A stretch of DNA of 64,000 nt from Phoronis australis (lineage: Eukaryota; Animalia; Phoronida), in the NCBI GenBank assembly GCA_002633005.1, contig NMRA01000134.1, positions 224,204 to 288,203 on the forward strand, in the 5' to 3' direction. The stretch's first letter is position 1. Every line of letters starts with the position of its first letter. The position numbers were made by a program, and so were the translations under genes. The notes below the pieces were generated by a model that saw nothing but the letters and a program-made list of their open reading frames with translations, was not told the origin of the DNA and searched no databases. Below, in pieces: positions 61,746 to 64,000 of this stretch.

Positions 61746-61903
61746 CAACGAATAGCTCTTTCTATGTCTTCTTTTGCCATGTAGTAGGCCCTATTCCAAA
61801 ATAGTTAAATTTGAAAATGGTGACAAGTTCCAACATTCAACATAAAACGTGCATTGTTATTACTGCCTCGTGTAACAAGTCCTCACTGTGCTCCATGTTG
61901 CAG

Positions 61904-62202
61904 ATGTGGAACCGTTTTATGAGACCTTGCTGGGACTCTACGCCCTCATGATCATCATCCAGCTGTTGGGCTTACTAGGCCTGGCTTATCTCACCATTGA
62001 AAATTTCAAGACGGAGAGATCCCAAATATTCTGCCACAGGCTCAACAACGCCATTGCATTCGCCGCTTCGGCTCTGCTTATCCTAGGTACCATCACATCA
62101 GCCTTGAAAAACGGCCAAGGATCGGCTTCTTTCAGTAAAATTCTTGAAATAGTGCAGAACATCACAGGGAATTACGGGCACTTGGAAAACATTGTGCGTT
62201 GA
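61904..62202 (+). CDS. Probable terminal exon encoding two transmembrane helices, unknown membrane protein
   Basis: Acceptor TTGCAG ending 61903. Hydrophobic runs LLGLYALMIIIQLLGLLGLAYLTI and AIAFAASALLILGTITSAL. AATAAA at 62225-62230. Confidence 0.55.
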
Positions 62203-62479
62203 TTAACATTGTTGGAAAATGAATAATAAATATATTTACTATTTATTCAGCCCACGTTGTCTTTAAAAAATTTCTAATAGAAAACACTTGGTGGGTGTAG
62301 ACATCTGTCGTGCGATAGACTAATGAACTCAGTGTTGTCGACTTGTCATTATGTGATATTCAACGAATTCCCGGATGCTCCATTGAGAGGGTAGTTTCTA
62401 GGGAATAACTGAAAAAAGTCACGGATCTCCACGAAACGTTCAGAATGCGTCGTCGAACCCTGTTGATTTCTGGTGAAAC

Positions 62480-62664
62480 TAGTAAAACTAATACTACGAG
62501 CGTCGGTACTAAAATATAGTAAAATATCCCCACGTTCCGAACGATGCGCTCTTTGTCAAGGGTATGCTACAGACAAACACACCCTTGACAAAGAGCGCAT
62601 CGTTCGGAACGTGGGGATATTTTAATATATTTTAGTACCGATGATCGTCGTTTTAGTTTTACTA
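62480..62664. repeat. Long near-perfect palindrome (foldback MITE-like)
   Basis: About 85-bp arms. The inner AAAATATCCCCACGTTCCGAACGATGCGCTCTTTGTCAAGGGT is perfectly mirrored across a loop of about 17 nt. Confidence 0.9.
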
Positions 62665-63220
62665 TTTTATATTCTTATCCGTCGGTAAATGCACGGCATA
62701 CCAACACCTATTTGATTTCAGGTAAAATTGACAAGCGACAGACTTCGATATTTTTAAAATCATTGAGAATTGATGGGATTGACGTCATTTTCTACCTTCT
62801 GACCTTAATTGGAAGACCCTGCATACTGAGCATGCTGAAGCTTGACTTACCTGTAAACGAAATTCGCCGATTTCATTTGCGTCAACGAAAATATAAATGA
62901 CAATTTTAAGATCATAGATGGTATTTCGTTTAGTAAATTAAAAAAGGTATTTTCTCTGGTAAAGCTGACAAAAAACGAAAAAAAGAATTAGATATTAAAA
63001 ATGTACTTATCTTGATAGAACTGAACTGATACCAAGAAGATTATGCAAATTCCCACCAGTTAACACTTGAAAAAATCGGCGGTTGTATGGAGAATGGCCA
63101 GCCCTGAAATTTGACATAGGCAATGACAGATAGCAATATCCCTCGTAGAAGCTCTGGGCAACAACTTGCCAAAATAATGGCTCACAAGATGTAGTTGACG
63201 ACACTAATATAGACCGACTG

Positions 63221-63376
63221 CAGTGCTGTAGTGGTAAAATTAGAGGTAAGTAGGCGCCCAAAGCCCACGGTATCACCTTGAGCACTGAACGTAACTTACG
63301 GTGCGTAGGCTCTACGTTCAAATGCCAAAAGGTGGTTGGCTGCGCCTACGTGCGCCTACGCCCCACTACAGCACTG
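63221..63376. mobile_element. hAT-type MITE
   Basis: 14-bp TIR CAGTGCTGTAGTGG / CCACTACAGCACTG. Flanks ACCGACTG / ATCGACAG (6 of 8). Related sequence at about 15620-15770. Confidence 0.75.
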
Positions 63377-64000
63377 ATCGACAGTCCAGAATGCTTAGGA
63401 GAAGTGAACGGAGGAGGTATCAACGTTTGAGCACATGAGTACTTAGAACGTACTCCAAGAAAGTGTCCCGGGTGTATACAGGTAGTCTCCACTCTGGGTG
63501 TGGCCCTTTGAGACCTTACAAGGGGGCCAGAATTGAGTTAGATTAGTTATTCGAGGTATCGCCCAAAACTGATTTAGAATCAACAATCGTGCCACACGGA
63601 GCATTAAATTGCACTATAAAAAAGTCTCGCCAGAAACCCAAAAATAACTGCCTAGAATTGAGCTAGGTCAAACAATCGACAAAAAACAACAATTCCATAG
63701 ATGTGATTCAGTACTTGTCGTTGGTCACTAAATGGCCTATGACAGTTAAAATGTCTGAGATGAGCTCAACAGAAGCCCCGAAACGGCCACCCATGCCCAT
63801 GGAAAGATGTTGAGCTGTTTTGCTAGATTAGGATTTCGAGAAACCGGAAGCACCAAAAAAAGACTCATTCAAAATCGAGCGAGTAAAGATTCGTGAACCT
63901 ATTACAAAAGAGTCTCAACACTAACACTTAAACAACAGGAACTTGAAATTACAAGAAATGTAACATAACAACTAAAAGCTTCTTTTGATTGTACGATGAA

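Overview
AT-rich eukaryotic DNA, most likely from an invertebrate animal (inferred from spliceosomal intron signals and metazoan transposon families). The window is gene-poor and dominated by nested, mostly decayed transposons. Host-gene candidates are a C2H2 zinc-finger exon (373-1005), a probable first exon of a secreted Trp/Pro-rich peptide (7665-7881) and a two-TM terminal exon (61904-62202). DNA transposons include three copies of a 1.6-1.7 kb TTAA-flanked THAP-bearing Kolobok-like element, two ISL2EU-like elements (AT TSD, convergent YqaJ and THAP remnants), a hAT derivative and several MITEs. Helentron-type tandem arrays carry many CTCF-like motifs. Retroelements include a Gypsy split exactly at its Gag zinc knuckle, plus L1/Tx1, RTEX-like, I-group and Penelope fragments. 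The most unusual item is an element at 8615-11948 with CAC...GTG ends, 28-bp perfect TIRs, a 5-bp TSD and two convergent spliced gene remnants, resembling a Transib/RAG-like architecture. All classifications come from reading motifs by eye; no database searches were run.
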